Positions 31,015 through 44,478 of a stretch of DNA of 64,000 bases are shown here, piece by piece. A program made the translations under genes and the position numbers. This DNA comes from Lepidodermella squamata. Taxonomy: Eukaryota > Animalia > Gastrotricha. How positions within the stretch are numbered: the stretch's first letter is position 1; each line of letters opens with the position of its first letter. The notes beneath the pieces were generated by a model, which was given only the letters and a program-made list of their open reading frames with translations, made no database searches and had not been told where the DNA came from. Location of the stretch: the NCBI GenBank assembly GCA_047495785.1, contig JBLDXI010000046.1:1674001-1738000 (forward strand). Reading direction: 5' to 3'.

Positions 31015-34000
31015 TTATTTCATAGCTGAAATTCGATCATTCAACTGCTCCATTCCGTGATTTTCAAGCGAAACTGTGTCGGTCACGCCAGGCAAGCGTA
31101 TGGTAGTATGACCAGGCTGACTGGCGCGATCAGTCGATGTCATGCTGATCGGATCGCCAGTCGATTGAACACTTATCACAGGTGATAAATTTGCTTAAAA
31201 CAAGAAAAATTGATTCAAACTATCATTTCAACAAGCGAAACTTACGACGAGCTACGTTCCTATGGCTTTCTGATGACGATAGTTTGGAAAATCCGTCCGG
31301 ATCGTTGAATGCAATCACCTTAATGCCAGCAATTTCTTTAGCTGCATTCGCCGCGATGTTGCCTCCCAAAGAATGTCCCGTTACGACTATTTCTTTGTTA
31401 GGTCTCGTTTCTTTCACAGCTCTTATGAGACTGTTTGCTTCAGATTGCATGAAATTTCGCCCAGTCAGCAAAATCGATACATCGTTTATCAAATCTTTAG
31501 GCTTGGATAACTGCGTACCTCGGAATGAGATGATAACCCGATTTTCGTTCTCGACTACCATCGCCTGGCCATTTGGCATCCTACTGCTTAAATCACGATC
31601 AAGTGTGAAGCCTGAATTTTTCAAATCGTTTTCAACAGCATCCATGCCGCCTTTATCACTTGGCAACTTGTAAGCTTCATCAGCCATTTGAGCGCTTTCT
31701 TTGATCATTTGCCGGTCTTCTGGTGGAATCGCTTGCAGCGCGTTACCCGGGCGCTCAAACAAAAGATTCAACGCCGTTCTTGCACGGATGCCCATCGATA
31801 ATGCATCATGCTCTTCTGTACTTTTGAAGGCATTGCTAACATCAGTGTTAACGGAGCCGATCTGCAGCCTTTCGCCGCCTGATGTGAGAAAATCGCCTGT
31901 CCCGCCGTTTGAAATCGTGGCAGTTGCCGTTGTGGTTTTCTTGTCCTGCGACCAGTTTAGTTGGAGTTGTAGAGCAGGGTCAAAAGGGCTCGGTGCTGTG
32001 AAGCCGAAGGACGTCTCTTTGTAACTCGCCTCCACATTATTGTGTGTTAGCCGATCAATAGTTGGCGCTTTGTCTGGGTTTGAATTCTCCAGAACAGCAC
32101 CTTCTAGATGTAGCTTGCCAATGTGGAGCTGGTCACCGCCACCCTCGCCAATCGTCAGCGAACTTTGCTGATTGATGGTATCGCCACTGCCTTCGGTTCT
32201 GCTAAAGCTTAGATTTAAAGATGAAGTTAAGGCGACTCCAGTTGATTCCTTAGTTTCGTATCCTTTTGAAGTTTCAAAACGAGCATCCTCGATATTGCCC
32301 GATGCGCTGTTCGCATGAATATTGAAGTCACTAGCGTTCAATTGTTGAACATGTCCGAAGTCGAGATGGTTGAAATGCCCTTGGGCATTCACAAAAGTTG
32401 TACCAGACGCTTCTGATTGCTGTAAATTTGCGGATCCTCCCAAAAACGAGTGACTGGTGGCTCCGAAAGAAGCAGAAATGCCAGCCGAAAACCCCGAACT
32501 GCTATGATGCAATTCAGCTCCGCGAATCACGATATTGCGAATGTTGAAGGCGGCATAATCTGCCGTTATGCTAGCCCCGTTCTTCCACACAAAATTGTCA
32601 GCGTTGATTTGTAAATTACGCAGCATTCAGGCTATTGCCAGCTATGAATTGGTCATGCTGCTCTTGGCTGGACATTTTGAAGCCAAAATTAACGGTAGGA
32701 TCGATACCAGCAGTGGTACCAAGTCCAATATTCCGAAGTGCTCCGTCTGGATTCACCAAATTCGTCGCTGCATTGAAAGCCCCGTCAATAACACTGGTTG
32801 CGTTCATGACTTTGCTGTTTCCTAGGTTTCCGACGGCATTTGTAAACTTGGCCGTTGGAAGGCTTTCTAGTAATTTTTGCTTATCCATTACAGCCTGAGC
32901 CAACGGGACCTCGGCGTAAAATCCGAAGTGCTTCTCTTGGCGATCATGATTCAAAATTCGGTCTTCTAAGATTACGTCTTTTGCCGATAAAACACCTAAA
33001 CCAGGCGTCGAGAGACTGCTTCCTTGAAGGAGGATTTCCTCGCCAGCTTCGATGATGAAAGATGAGTTTTCATTTGTCGCCGTAAAATTTGTTCCAACTG
33101 AAAATTCGGTTTTGTCATGAACCGAATGATTTTTAGCGAGGCCGCCTAACCATTTATCACTAGATTGCTGATCAATCCGACCGAGTGCATCGCTGAATCG
33201 AGCCTTTTCTCTGGCATATATACTGCCACCATCTCGAGTTTCAAATTGCGTGCCACGAGAATCCACGTTATTCGCTGAAACAATTAGTTTACCTCCAGTT
33301 TCAACATTCGATGTTTCAATTTGAGTGACTGTGGTAGTTGAATTTTTACTCGCCAAAAAATTGCCAGATTTAGACGTTTGAACTTTGTCTTGGCTATGGA
33401 CATCACTGCGATATGTTCCTTTGTCAGCCATGATGGCCACGTCGCCTTGCCCTCGAATCGTTGAGGCTATTTGAGTGACGTCACCTTCAGGAGATTCGAT
33501 TATTACGCCAAGATTCCGAGTTTCTTCGAATCTCTGGCCATTCCTATCAATCGAGGTTGCAGTATACGCATCACCTTGCCCACCAGAAATCAGAGAACGC
33601 GTATAGGATCCATCAGCTTCAGCGATGCCTCGAATATCAACACCTTTTCTCCCACTTACGTAGGTCTGGTCCGCAATTGACGCTATTGTCGACCCGGCTA
33701 TAGCTATTTTACCGTCGCTGATCATGCTAGTTTTACCATCCGATTCGATGGTCACTTTGCTCGCAGTCAAATTGTCTTTAGCAATAAACATTTGACTACC
33801 GTGTGACTGCGAGACAGCTCCGTTTAAATTCATTGCAGCGCCCGATTCAACCAGACTATGACTCTCTTTGTCCGATGATGTCAGGTGTGTTACCTGACGT
33901 TGGCTGTTGTCGAGACTGTTCTTGTTTGTTTGAAAAATGCCCCCAAGAATGTCACGATGACGATGGACCTCTCTCGTTTTAACTATTTCCTCCATAAAGA

Positions 34001-37000
34001 CGCCTTTTTCGCCGTAGATTTGATGACCATCTTTATCTTTAATCTGGGCAGATGTTGCCTGAAAAACTCCTCCCGCCTTTGCGAAGATAGCTCCACCACT
34101 TAGAAGCGAACTGCCTTCGACATGAGTATCTGTGACCACAGTTGTCGTTTTGACTGCACCAAAGAACGAACTTTTAGTCGATTGATCCGATATGTAACGA
34201 TAGGAGCTGGCTTCAAGTTTGATAGATCCCTTTGCTTCTAAGCTGATATCGCCATCTGCTTTTACGTCGGAATCTTTCAGTTCGATATCGCCATCTCCGC
34301 CATCAATAACAACTCCCATATTGCGAGTGACAGTGTTCCCATCTTTGTCAACTGCCTCGTACTCTTGGCCCTTTCCAGCGCTGATGACAGTATGGTCGTA
34401 CGATCTCATTTCTGAAAATCGACCTTGAATAACTTCTTCGCCCGCGCGACCATAAACGCCAAGGCGACCTCTCACAAATGCTCCACCTTCGCCATGAATT
34501 TTCGTCGCTGTGAGGTCGATTTTTCCATCCGCTGTTGCATTGACCTTACCTTCACTGGCTCGGACGTTAGCACTGACAGCTGTGATATCTCCTTTAGCGG
34601 CTAAATCAATGTCTCCCTTGTCGGAGAGAATTTGAGCACCGCTTTTCGATTCAATGCTACCCTCGTCAGCAGCTAGCGAGACGCCATCGCGACCACTCAC
34701 GCCGTGTAAGACCAAATTTCCTTGCATTGCGTGCACATCAGCTCGACCTTGCTCAGCAGAAAGTTTTCCAGCAACTGATACCCCTTCCCGCCCTTCAAGA
34801 AAAAGGTTGCCATACTGGACAGACAAGTCTTCAACTTCGATACGTCTCGCAGAAACAATTAATTCATGCCAGAAATTAGCTTTGTGCTTCCGCACAAAAT
34901 CTTGGTTAGGAATTTCGAGGTCCAGCGATTTGGTGATTTGAAGATTACGGCATGTTCCAGCGCGGTCAATAATGTCATCCAAATTTTGAAGCTGACCTGT
35001 CACGCTTAATTTCAATGATCCAAAAACCTGCACCGCCCTCTCGCTATTGAGCGACATGTTCACGGCTTTGATGACAGCGCTGTCAACTTTCATACCATCA
35101 GATACCTGAAGGTCAGCTTTAGCCTCCACAAATAGCCGGTCGGCTTGAACATTACTGATAGTGACGTTCTTTCCCTGGATAACTGTCGATTCAGCCGAAA
35201 CACCATTGACCGTTGCCATCTCGGTAGCGTTGATTATAATTTGCTGTTGCGCAGAATTGTTAGTTGCGATGACATTTCGTCCTTCAACAACCGAGTTTTG
35301 AGCCGTAGTATTTGATGCAGTCACATCACCAGACTGCGATTTTACACTCAACTGATTGCCCGCTTCAACATTCTCAACCGTCGCATTGTTCACACTGATT
35401 GATTTGAAATCTTTGTTGGATTTTACACCCTTGACGTAGACCTCATCTCCTTTCACAGATACGTTACCGCCAGCTATTGCCTGCCCGTTCATGTAGACGC
35501 TACTTGAGGATACATTGATATCGTCAAAAGCATAGATTTTGCCTGTATTCACGTAGGAATCACGATAATCTGCCATATAAGTGCCGCTTGCTAAAATATA
35601 TCCGGAGTTATTGCCGGCTATTCCCCGATCAGTGATACTGTGAGCAACGCGGATGCCTCGATGGTCAGAGAATATTGTTGTTTCGTTCATTGAGGGCATG
35701 AAGTTATTTTTTACGAAATCGATCGCAATCTTTGTCCCATCGACTTTGCCTTCTGGGACTGCCTGAGCCTCTACGGCTGCTGTTTCATGCGTCCGTTGCG
35801 CTAGTCTGACTGCTGTATCACATAACGTATAAGCGCCCATGGCTTGAACAACGAGATCAATTATATCGGTTAGCTGCACGGCTGATAATGGCGAAGATTG
35901 CGATTCAAAAGATGCTTTCATGCCATTCAGTTTGACCAAGATAGTAAGAAGAGCTTTAAATGCACTCAAGGCACCAATACCAGACTGGATAATCATCGAC
36001 ACAAATTTTGCTGGGGGGAATAGTTGTTGCATGGTTGTAATGAATGCATTGATTATTTGCCGAGGACTGAGTAACAAATCCGGCGTTGGATAGGTTGGTA
36101 TTCCAGCATGAAAGAGTTCAATCTCCACCACGGCATTTATGGTACGTGAAAACGAAGCAGTTCCGCCCACCAGAAGCAAACATGCGATACCACTTAAATT
36201 CATGGCAGGGCCATGAATAACACCACAGTTAATAAGCGCAAATGCAGTGGATGAAAATAATCGAGAGGCGCATAAAGAGCCGCCGCAATTCACGCCAACA
36301 ATCTGAGCCTTTAATATAATTGATTTTGCGTAGACATTCGATACCAAATTGGCGAAGACCCATGCGTTGATGGACAAGGTCTCACTAGCACGGATCTTGG
36401 GTGACAGCGCGAAGAAAACACCTTTGGCCCGAATGTCAAGGTATTTAGAGTTCAACTTGCCACGGATAAAAATTGTCGGAAAGGTCGAAAACGTTTGACG
36501 GAAATCTTCCGCAAACTTGGCCAAGCGCGACTTGACCTGCTCTGTGCTTTGAATCGATTCATCGGGTTGCCTCTCTTCAATTCGCGACTGGATTGCGATT
36601 GTTTCGCAGCATTCCACATTAGAACCTGAAGCCATATCCAGTGAAACTTGGAAGAAAGCATTGCAAGATTTAGTCTTTGAAATGCATGTTCCCTCGATCT
36701 TAAGCTGTTTTCCAACAAGTGTCAACTGCGTATGGTCTGCTTGAATGGAGCCAGATATCAATAGTTTCCCACTTGAAATGAGCTTAAGGTCAATTTCGGT
36801 GAAAAAAGCGACATTGCCTCCGATACTGATCAGTTCAGATGTAGCTATTTCAATGCAAGCTGTTTTGGTCTTATTCGCAGATCTGCCAGCTGAATTTTCG
36901 TACAACGCGGGCATTACGGCTCGAGAGAATTCATCACCAAGGATGCTTGATACAATATAACGTTTGATTCTCTTGCTTGTGGGGTCATTTTCTACTTTAT

Positions 37001-40000
37001 CCGCCGTTCCATCTTTGTCTTGTTCTTTGCTATCGAGCGTAGTACACGTAAGCTTTGAGTCCGCAAATGTTTCAAATGTTGTTGCTGTTATTCGGGCGCC
37101 AATGTCGAATTGAAGCGTTCCGAAAAGTTTGAGATGAGCATTCGGCGAGATAACAGAGCTCACTAACGTTGATGACGAGTTTTGAGCGATTTCAACAGTG
37201 ATTTCATCGGCACTGCTTGACGTGTCCAATTTACCGATTTGAATGTGATCGATGCCCAGTTTCAAATTAGTGATGCCACTGCTTATTTCGATCTGTTCAA
37301 CAATCAGCGAGCCAGATCCTTTGAATGCGAGTTGAATGCTTGGATTCATTCCAGAAAGTTTAAGCGTGCGGATCATAACTACCCCTACAACTTCAATTGT
37401 AACAACATCACCGGGGCATTTTTCGGGGAGTCCGATTTCAAGGGTAGAGGCAACGAAATCGTTATGAAAAATTAACAAGCGACCCGGCACAATACGGAAG
37501 AATGATTTCGGTAGATCCAATGAACAAGCAAAGTCAAGTTCCGAATTCTGTGGAACCATTAGCACGACTAAATTAGGATGAGGCTCTAGATTAGGCTTGA
37601 AATTGATTTGCTGAGCTTGGGAAGCCGTAAATATTAGGCCTTTAGAAGTTGAGAAGCTTCCTTCAACAGTCACGGAATCTTTATCGTAGAGCTCGAGGTG
37701 GATGCAATCCTCTAAAGAGTCCAGCTTTCCCTTGCTGTTATCGAAACCATTCGCCATGATTCTCAAGGCACACGAATTTGCTTTGATGATACCACAATTT
37801 TTTAACGACTGAAGACATCCGACGGTCAACGATTTTGAAGCCTCCATAGAGCCAGCGTTCTCTACATATTTTGATACGACATAAAGGTTTTCCCCTATCA
37901 TCGATCCAAAGTTTGTAATTGTGTCTTGGCATTTTAGAACCAACTGAGAACCGCCCACCGATGTCAGGCTGCTATGGGCTTCAATCAGTAAGTTAGCAGC
38001 AATCACTTCCAAATGATTGCCACCTTGCATGGAAGCGCCCTTTTCCATCTGGAAAGTTCCCTTCTCCGAATAGAAAAGCGTTTTTGGAGCCATTTCAAAA
38101 ATGCCATTCGCTGTAAGGTTGAAAGACTCACCGAACGATACGGTAAATACTTTGGTCGGAGCAAGAAGGTGAACTTTGCCTGAATGCGTCCATGTTCGCA
38201 CAACTCTAATTTCAATGATAGAACCGTCGAATTCCAAAACACTGTCTTTCTCGGTGATCAGATCGTGGGCAAATAAGTTTATTTCACTGGTTGCATCGCT
38301 TTCCAAAAGCAGTTTTGATGTTTCCTTGAAATGAAGATCTGCCGATGGCGAGGCCAACATGCGCAAAACATTGATTGACTTTTCGATTGTGACAGATGGA
38401 ATACCTCGAAGTTCACCTTTCACCACTAAAGGTCCAGCGACAGTAACTGGGGCTTGTAGGATCAGCTTGCTGTTGTAATCAAGTTCAATTTTGGCGACGA
38501 GATCAACGAATATTTCCGCACCACAGTAAGCTACACCGCGAACCAGCCAGGAAAATTCGCGGACATGAATAAGGCCTAGAACTTCGTTGGTTCCGATGTC
38601 AGCTCTGGTTTCAAGGCAAAGAGATCCAGTTCGGCATTTTATCGAGGCATCCGAGGATTGCTTAAGTGTCAAAGTGGAGAGACGAAGTACGCCGTTCCAT
38701 CTGATGTGGCAACATTTGTTGATAGTTTGACCAACGACAAAAAGATCGCCCCCATAAGCCAGGTTCAAATAAGCCGTCTTTTCAATAAGGAATTCGCCGA
38801 CTTCGAGAGGCTTCTCTGCGCCAAGACCTGCCGTCAGCCAAGTTATTTTTCCATCGATTTTTAGTTGCTCTTCAATAAGACCAAACACGCTGCCTGACAG
38901 CCATTGCCAATGCCGAGGTTGCATTGCCTGTCCAGTGACCTGTAATTCGAGCGTTTTCAGTCCACGAAGCTGAGAGGCGTCTTCAATAGAACCACGAGCA
39001 ACAATTTGCAGATTTTCGGCTTCTATGTAACCATGTTGACGTTCTTTCCAGCATGTCATTTCTGATATCAATCGTGCGTCTTCCATATGCTCATTTTCAG
39101 CGCCAGCCGTCTTTCTTTTTGCCATACTTTTGGCAGCTCGTTTAGCACCGTAGTCGACAATGGCTCCGCTTTCAATAGCCATGTGCACTTGTTTAGGGTT
39201 TCCTTCAAACAAATAAAAATTGAGCTTCTGAAAGTTTCAATTTTTGGAACTTACTTTGTTCTCGAATCACATCACTCAAAGATGATTGCTGAAAGTCCGT
39301 TTGAGGACATGATTCCCTCAAGTTTCGCAAAACAGAGATAGCCTTGTATCCCCGTTCGACTGTATCTCTACCGCCAGCTGATTTAGCCATGTTTTCAAAA
39401 TTAATTGTAAGCTTCTTGCGAGCTCTAACTTCGCCGAAATTAATCAGGTCAGCATCTATGTTCAAATGACCGCTTTCGCAACTGAAGAAAAGTTTACCAT
39501 CTGTGCCGATTCGGAAATTCCCGGCAGGTACCGTGATACAGCCGGCAGATAATTCCAATGAGCCATCCAACACGACTTCATCGTCACATGTAAAAGAAGC
39601 GCCACCCTGAAGTAACATCTGCGAATCGGCCATGATTCTGATGCTCTTCCCTGCAGTTAGGGTTAGAAAGCCAGAGATAACAGAACGATTTCTACCAAGG
39701 AACACCAAATTATTGACAAAGGCCGTTAAATCTCCATCTCTAAGGCATGCGAAGTCAACCCTGAGAGAGGCAGCTTGCGCCTTTAACGTTTCATTCTTCA
39801 ATAAGGCCCGGTGAATTATGAGCGTGTTGGTATTTTGATTCAATTCTAATACAAGCGGCGAGCTTGTTCGGCAGTTTAACGATATTACAAGCGCCACGCC
39901 TTTTTTGCTCCATTTCCAGTCTCCTGTAAAACAGATTTTTGGGCTTGAAATTGAAAAATTCAACAGGACGGACAAAAGTTATACACAGCAGACAAGACTT

Positions 40001-40275
40001 GGCGCCTTTAAAACTTAATGAAATTCAACTAAAATCTTCACGGAAATAGCTCAGTTTCTCATATTTAGGCCTGTGTTTTTAAGGCCCTCTAAATGTCACG
40101 AAATGAATGTTGAAGACATCGAGAATTCCGTTTAAAAGTTACAGGTAATAAATAAAACAAACTAACCTTTGATGCCATTTTTTGACAATTCGAGAGCGGA
40201 TGAGTTATTCGATCTTGGATTTGTAACAGTAACATGGGCAGAATCGACTAATTTCAACTCCGTTTGCAGCTTCAT
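31015..40275 (-). CDS. Giant (~2950 aa) filamentous-haemagglutinin/CdiA-like repeat protein with C-terminal class-3 lipase domain, intron-containing
   Basis: Model exons 40275-40167, 39923-39255, 39202-32620, 32570-31246, 31193-31015 (8865 nt, frame-consistent if a 49-nt intron at 32571-32619 is used; otherwise a 1-nt frameshift there). Beta-helix-like G/N/S/V/I-rich repeats; FHA-2-like SKSGNFLASKNSTTTVTQIETSNVETGGKLIVSA; lipase ISFRGT...DLIND...VTGHSLGGNIA...AFN...GDPIS...NHGM. Confidence 0.8.
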
Positions 40276-41586
40276 AGCTGTAAACTCTCAGCAAATAATG
40301 AAGCGAAATCACCGGGCGCTCGAAATAGTTGTGTAGACGAGATAACGCTGAAAATTCAAGATGAGTCATCGACATTCACCTGGTAATTCCTATGCGTTAT
40401 CTATTGTATTTTCTCTGGAAATTTTTGCGCTATCGTATGTTTTTTCTCTGGTAATCGCTATCACTAATAGATATCACTCTAGAAAAGCCGCTATCACCTA
40501 CCTATTAATTATAACCCATTTATTATGAAATTTCTCATTCCTACCGCAGCGCGAAGATTTCAAGATAAGGTGTGATTCAGCCTCATCCGCTTAATATGAT
40601 TCAGGTTAATATGAATCAGCAGAGAAGCCGCGAGGGAGACACGTCAAAAAGCCCAAGGATGTCTTCCTGTTGACCACAGCAACACCACTAGTCAACGAAC
40701 CGTTATCTATCGTGGCACGGCAGCGTGGAACAGCGCAAAACCGACTTCATCCGGCAAATGATAACTCGTCATAAAGCACGCGTCAAGCTGCCTACGTCGT
40801 CGAATTCGCGAAAGAACTACTCGAAGATATTATTTTATTAGATCCGTAATCTATTTTTCTAATTTATTTTTCTACTCCTTTGTGCCACTTGGCCCGTGTA
40901 AAACATCGCTACAGCGGTGACTCGGGTGCTCGAATCAAAAATGAAATAATATTCTGAACAGTCATAATTGATGAATATGAAGAGAATACTGCGCATTGGC
41001 CTGTCAGGTGTGAAAGCAGGCCGACCGCAATTCTCGACCGTTTTCTCCACGTTTTCTCGACCGCGACTCTTCGGCGGGTATTTTTCTACAAAACGCATCA
41101 AACCGCGTCGAACTCTGTCGAAAACGTCGCATCACCTAGCGACAATAGGTAGCGATTTTAGCGAATGGATACAATTTTGACTACCTCGGTCCCATTCGAA
41201 ATTGCATGTTCTATGTTTTATTCGTTGCTCGACGCTGAAATTATCTAATTTTTGCAAAGATTTGTCTCGATTTTGTCTCGATTTTCGAGTGTAAAGGACA
41301 CCTTGAAAATCGCATCATTGCAGTAAGATCTAACATTGGTCGCTCCTCGAACATTTTCTCGATTATTAGCCACTCGAATCAAAGTATAGCAAGGAAATGT
41401 CTCCGGCTGCTGAAAATTCTTTGCAAACGTATTAATCAGCCAAAAGTACGAAACGGCTTTACAGTAAAAGAAACTTTATTGCGCTGGCAAAACACGTTTA
41501 ACATAGATAAAAAACACATGAGAAAGATCATTGGTTTATAGGTAATTGAAATGAGTTCTTGTTCTTGTTCTTCGCTTCCCAGTTTT

Positions 41587-43587
41587 TCAACTCGGCAACA
41601 CGTCATGCAGACGAAGCAGCTGCTTCATGGCATTCAAGGTGGATTCACGCGGTGGATGTGCGATATTCACATTCCCATCATTGTGGCACATCCACTCGGC
41701 TAGACGGGCGAGCAGGGTGAAGAAAACCGGCTGGTGGTGACTAGAAGACTTGACCGGTTGTTGAGATTCAATCAGTAACAGGACATTGAGAACAGCGTCC
41801 AAGACCAAGCCATTCAACATGTCGTCATTCGCCTCGATAGCCGTGGGCTTCCGTCGACTCAGTGAGGCAAGACCGATGTGGGACAGAACTCCGATGACAA
41901 TGGGCTGGCAGTGGCACGGGTGGTTGAAGAACCGCTCCATCGCACTGCTCGACAGGGTCACTATTCGAGTCGTCATTTGAACGAAAGCGAAGCAAACGCC
42001 ACGTTGATTCGCCTGTAATCGTTCATTTAGCGGCAGAAAACCAAACCAGTACGACAGAGCCGAAGCCAGAACGAATAAAGTGCAGTCAGTTGAGTTCGTT
42101 CTCAAATCGATAATGTTGAAATGCGAGGCAGCAGCTGCGAGTGCGACTAGGGCTGACTCAAATAAACGACTGAAAACGAACGCTGACGGGTCGAAGGCGA
42201 TTGAAGGCGTAATAGCCTTGTTGCTGCTCGGAAAAGCGCTTTCGATTGCGCCGTTGCCCAGTAAGCCCGGCAAAATCCGATCAAAAACCTAAAAAAAAAA
42301 CATTTCAGAATTTTTAAGGTGGATTTTTTAATCTCACCTGACGCAGGGTCCGTTGAAAATTTCCGAATAAATCATCCTGCCCAGTTGAGACCGGGTTCTT
42401 TCTAAGGGGCAGATGCATAAAAATTGCAGCAACGAGGCGCAAGGCTGCACATTGAATTTCAGTTCGAGCCAAGATCAGCTTGAAAACATTTGCATCCTCG
42501 AGAAATTCAGCGATTTTTTCCAGGGAATCAACGATCGCTTTCAGTCGATCGTCCGAGATTGCGGCAACATAACCGAGGCCACTATTTTGTTCGGCATGAG
42601 CGAGAAAACGAGTGAGAACATCGAATAATTTGACAAAATCCTCGCTGATTGACTTGGCCTCGATTTCTCCGTTCTTATTGTTGACAATCAATTTAGCGTG
42701 GTCAAGTACCCGATTCAGTTGTTTACTTGAAGCTGGTAGCGATACCAAGTCGCAGTTGAATGCTCGCTTCGTGACAGGACAACGCAGACTAGCAACAGGT
42801 CGTTGATCATTGCCTGATTCTCGGAGGCGAATACTGCCGGCATTGGGTAAAAACCACTTTCGATCGCAATCGCGAGGAGCCTGGGGTTCAATTTTAACCT
42901 GATTAACCGGCTCTTCATTCGGAATGGGTGAAGCTCGAAACGCATTAGCATGCCGGTTTGGGATATTCGGGTTCTTTTCGTTGAAATAATTCGCAATGCT
43001 GTTCCCTTGTTGCTTGACAGTTGCCTGTTTTTGTGCCTGTGAGGCTATCACTGAATTGTCGAGGCTAATCCGAGCATTTTTCGCCTGTTGAAGCTCGTGA
43101 TCAGCGAACTGCAACTGACTCTTCAAACTCCGCAGCTGCCCCTCTAAATCATCGACTTTCCTCTTGTAGTTCTATTTAAATGAAAGGTAAGGAATCTCAG
43201 CGGATGAAACGTAAACGAAATGAACCTGATTAAGTTGATCAATCGATTTGTGCATTTCCATGCGAGCAGCATCAGCCTCTTTCTGCTTAGATAACACTTG
43301 CTGGCGTAGCATTGCAGCCTCGCCTGTCAGAATAGTTTCCTTGTCTTGAAGCTGTTCAATTTGACGTTTGAAGTCTTCGACAGTCTGTCGCAAATTATCG
43401 ACATCGACCGGCGCAGTATTTTCATTTCTGAATCGATACGAGCAACAGATACTGAAGCAACAACAATGAATAAAATTACTAACTTGACATCCATTGGTTT
43501 GCCAAACGCCTGTGATTCGATCATGTCCAACTGTGACAGGAACTGGTCAGGCAGAACCATGTCATCGTCATCATCGTACATGTTCAT
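41587..43587 (-). CDS. ATRIP: ATR-interacting protein-like, multi-exon
   Basis: N-terminal DDDD..DQFLSQLDMIESQAF; coiled coil GEAAMLRQ...LRSLKSQLQFADHEL; C-terminal CHCQPIVIGVL. All resemble ATRIP signatures from memory. Confidence 0.7.
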
Positions 43588-43899
43588 CTTTAAATTAGAA
43601 AGCCGAGTTTTTCACCGCAAATCAATCTTTATTGTTTCGACTCGCTCGCGCGAATAATACGACCCTATACAATCCAAAAACAGGGGTTGAATGAAAAGCA
43701 AGGAGAAATCATGCAATAAGCATTTTATTGATTTTGAACCACTCATCAATTCACTCTATTTAGGTGTAACTTGGCAGTTACTTCTGGATAAAGCAACAAC
43801 ATCGGGATTTCAATTGCATTGAATATAATACGATCTATAAGTTTTCAAGCCAGAAGCGATGGAGGCTTCTTTACGGCTAGCCTGTATTGAGAGCTTGAT

Positions 43900-44478
43900 T
43901 TACTCGTACAGCCAGGTGGACTGGGCCGGAGTCCAGTTGAACAGCTCCTCAGGCTTGAACCAGAGGGCGATTTCCTTCTCAGCCGAGGCAACGCTGTCAC
44001 TGCCTGTTTTGAAATAACACAAACCAATGTAACAAACATACGCAACACAATAATATGAAACGAACCGTGGCAGATGTTGCGACCAACTTGAACGCAGAAG
44101 TCACCACGGATGGTGCCTGGGTTGCTCTGGAAGGGGTCAGTCGCACCAAGCATCTTGCGACCAGTCTCAACGACGCGAAGACCTTCCCAGGCCATGGCGC
44201 AAACCTATGATAACAAACAATGAAACCCCATTGCTTGATGTAACTTAGATCTAAATGCATACCGGGCCAGAGGCCATGTACTTAACGAGGCCAGCGAAGA
44301 AAGGGCGGCCGCTAAGATCAGCGTAATGCTTCTGAAGAAGCTCCTCGTTGGGATGGGTGAACTTCATACCGACCAGCTTGAAGCCACGCTGTTCAAAACG
44401 CTTGATGATCTCACCGACCAGACCGCGCTGAACACCGTCAGGCTTAACCATGATAAAGGTACGCTCGTTATTAGCCAT
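43900..44478 (-). CDS. NME1: Nucleoside diphosphate kinase (group I NME), 3 exons
   Basis: [35 protein letters not shown]...[19 protein letters not shown]|SDS...WLYE*. Confidence 0.97.

Noticed and set aside
31015-40275. Bacterial contamination as the explanation for the FHA-lipase gene
   Set aside because: Frame-consistent spliceosomal introns, a downstream poly(A)-signal-like AT-rich tract and animal genes on both sides. Only read-level evidence could revive this.
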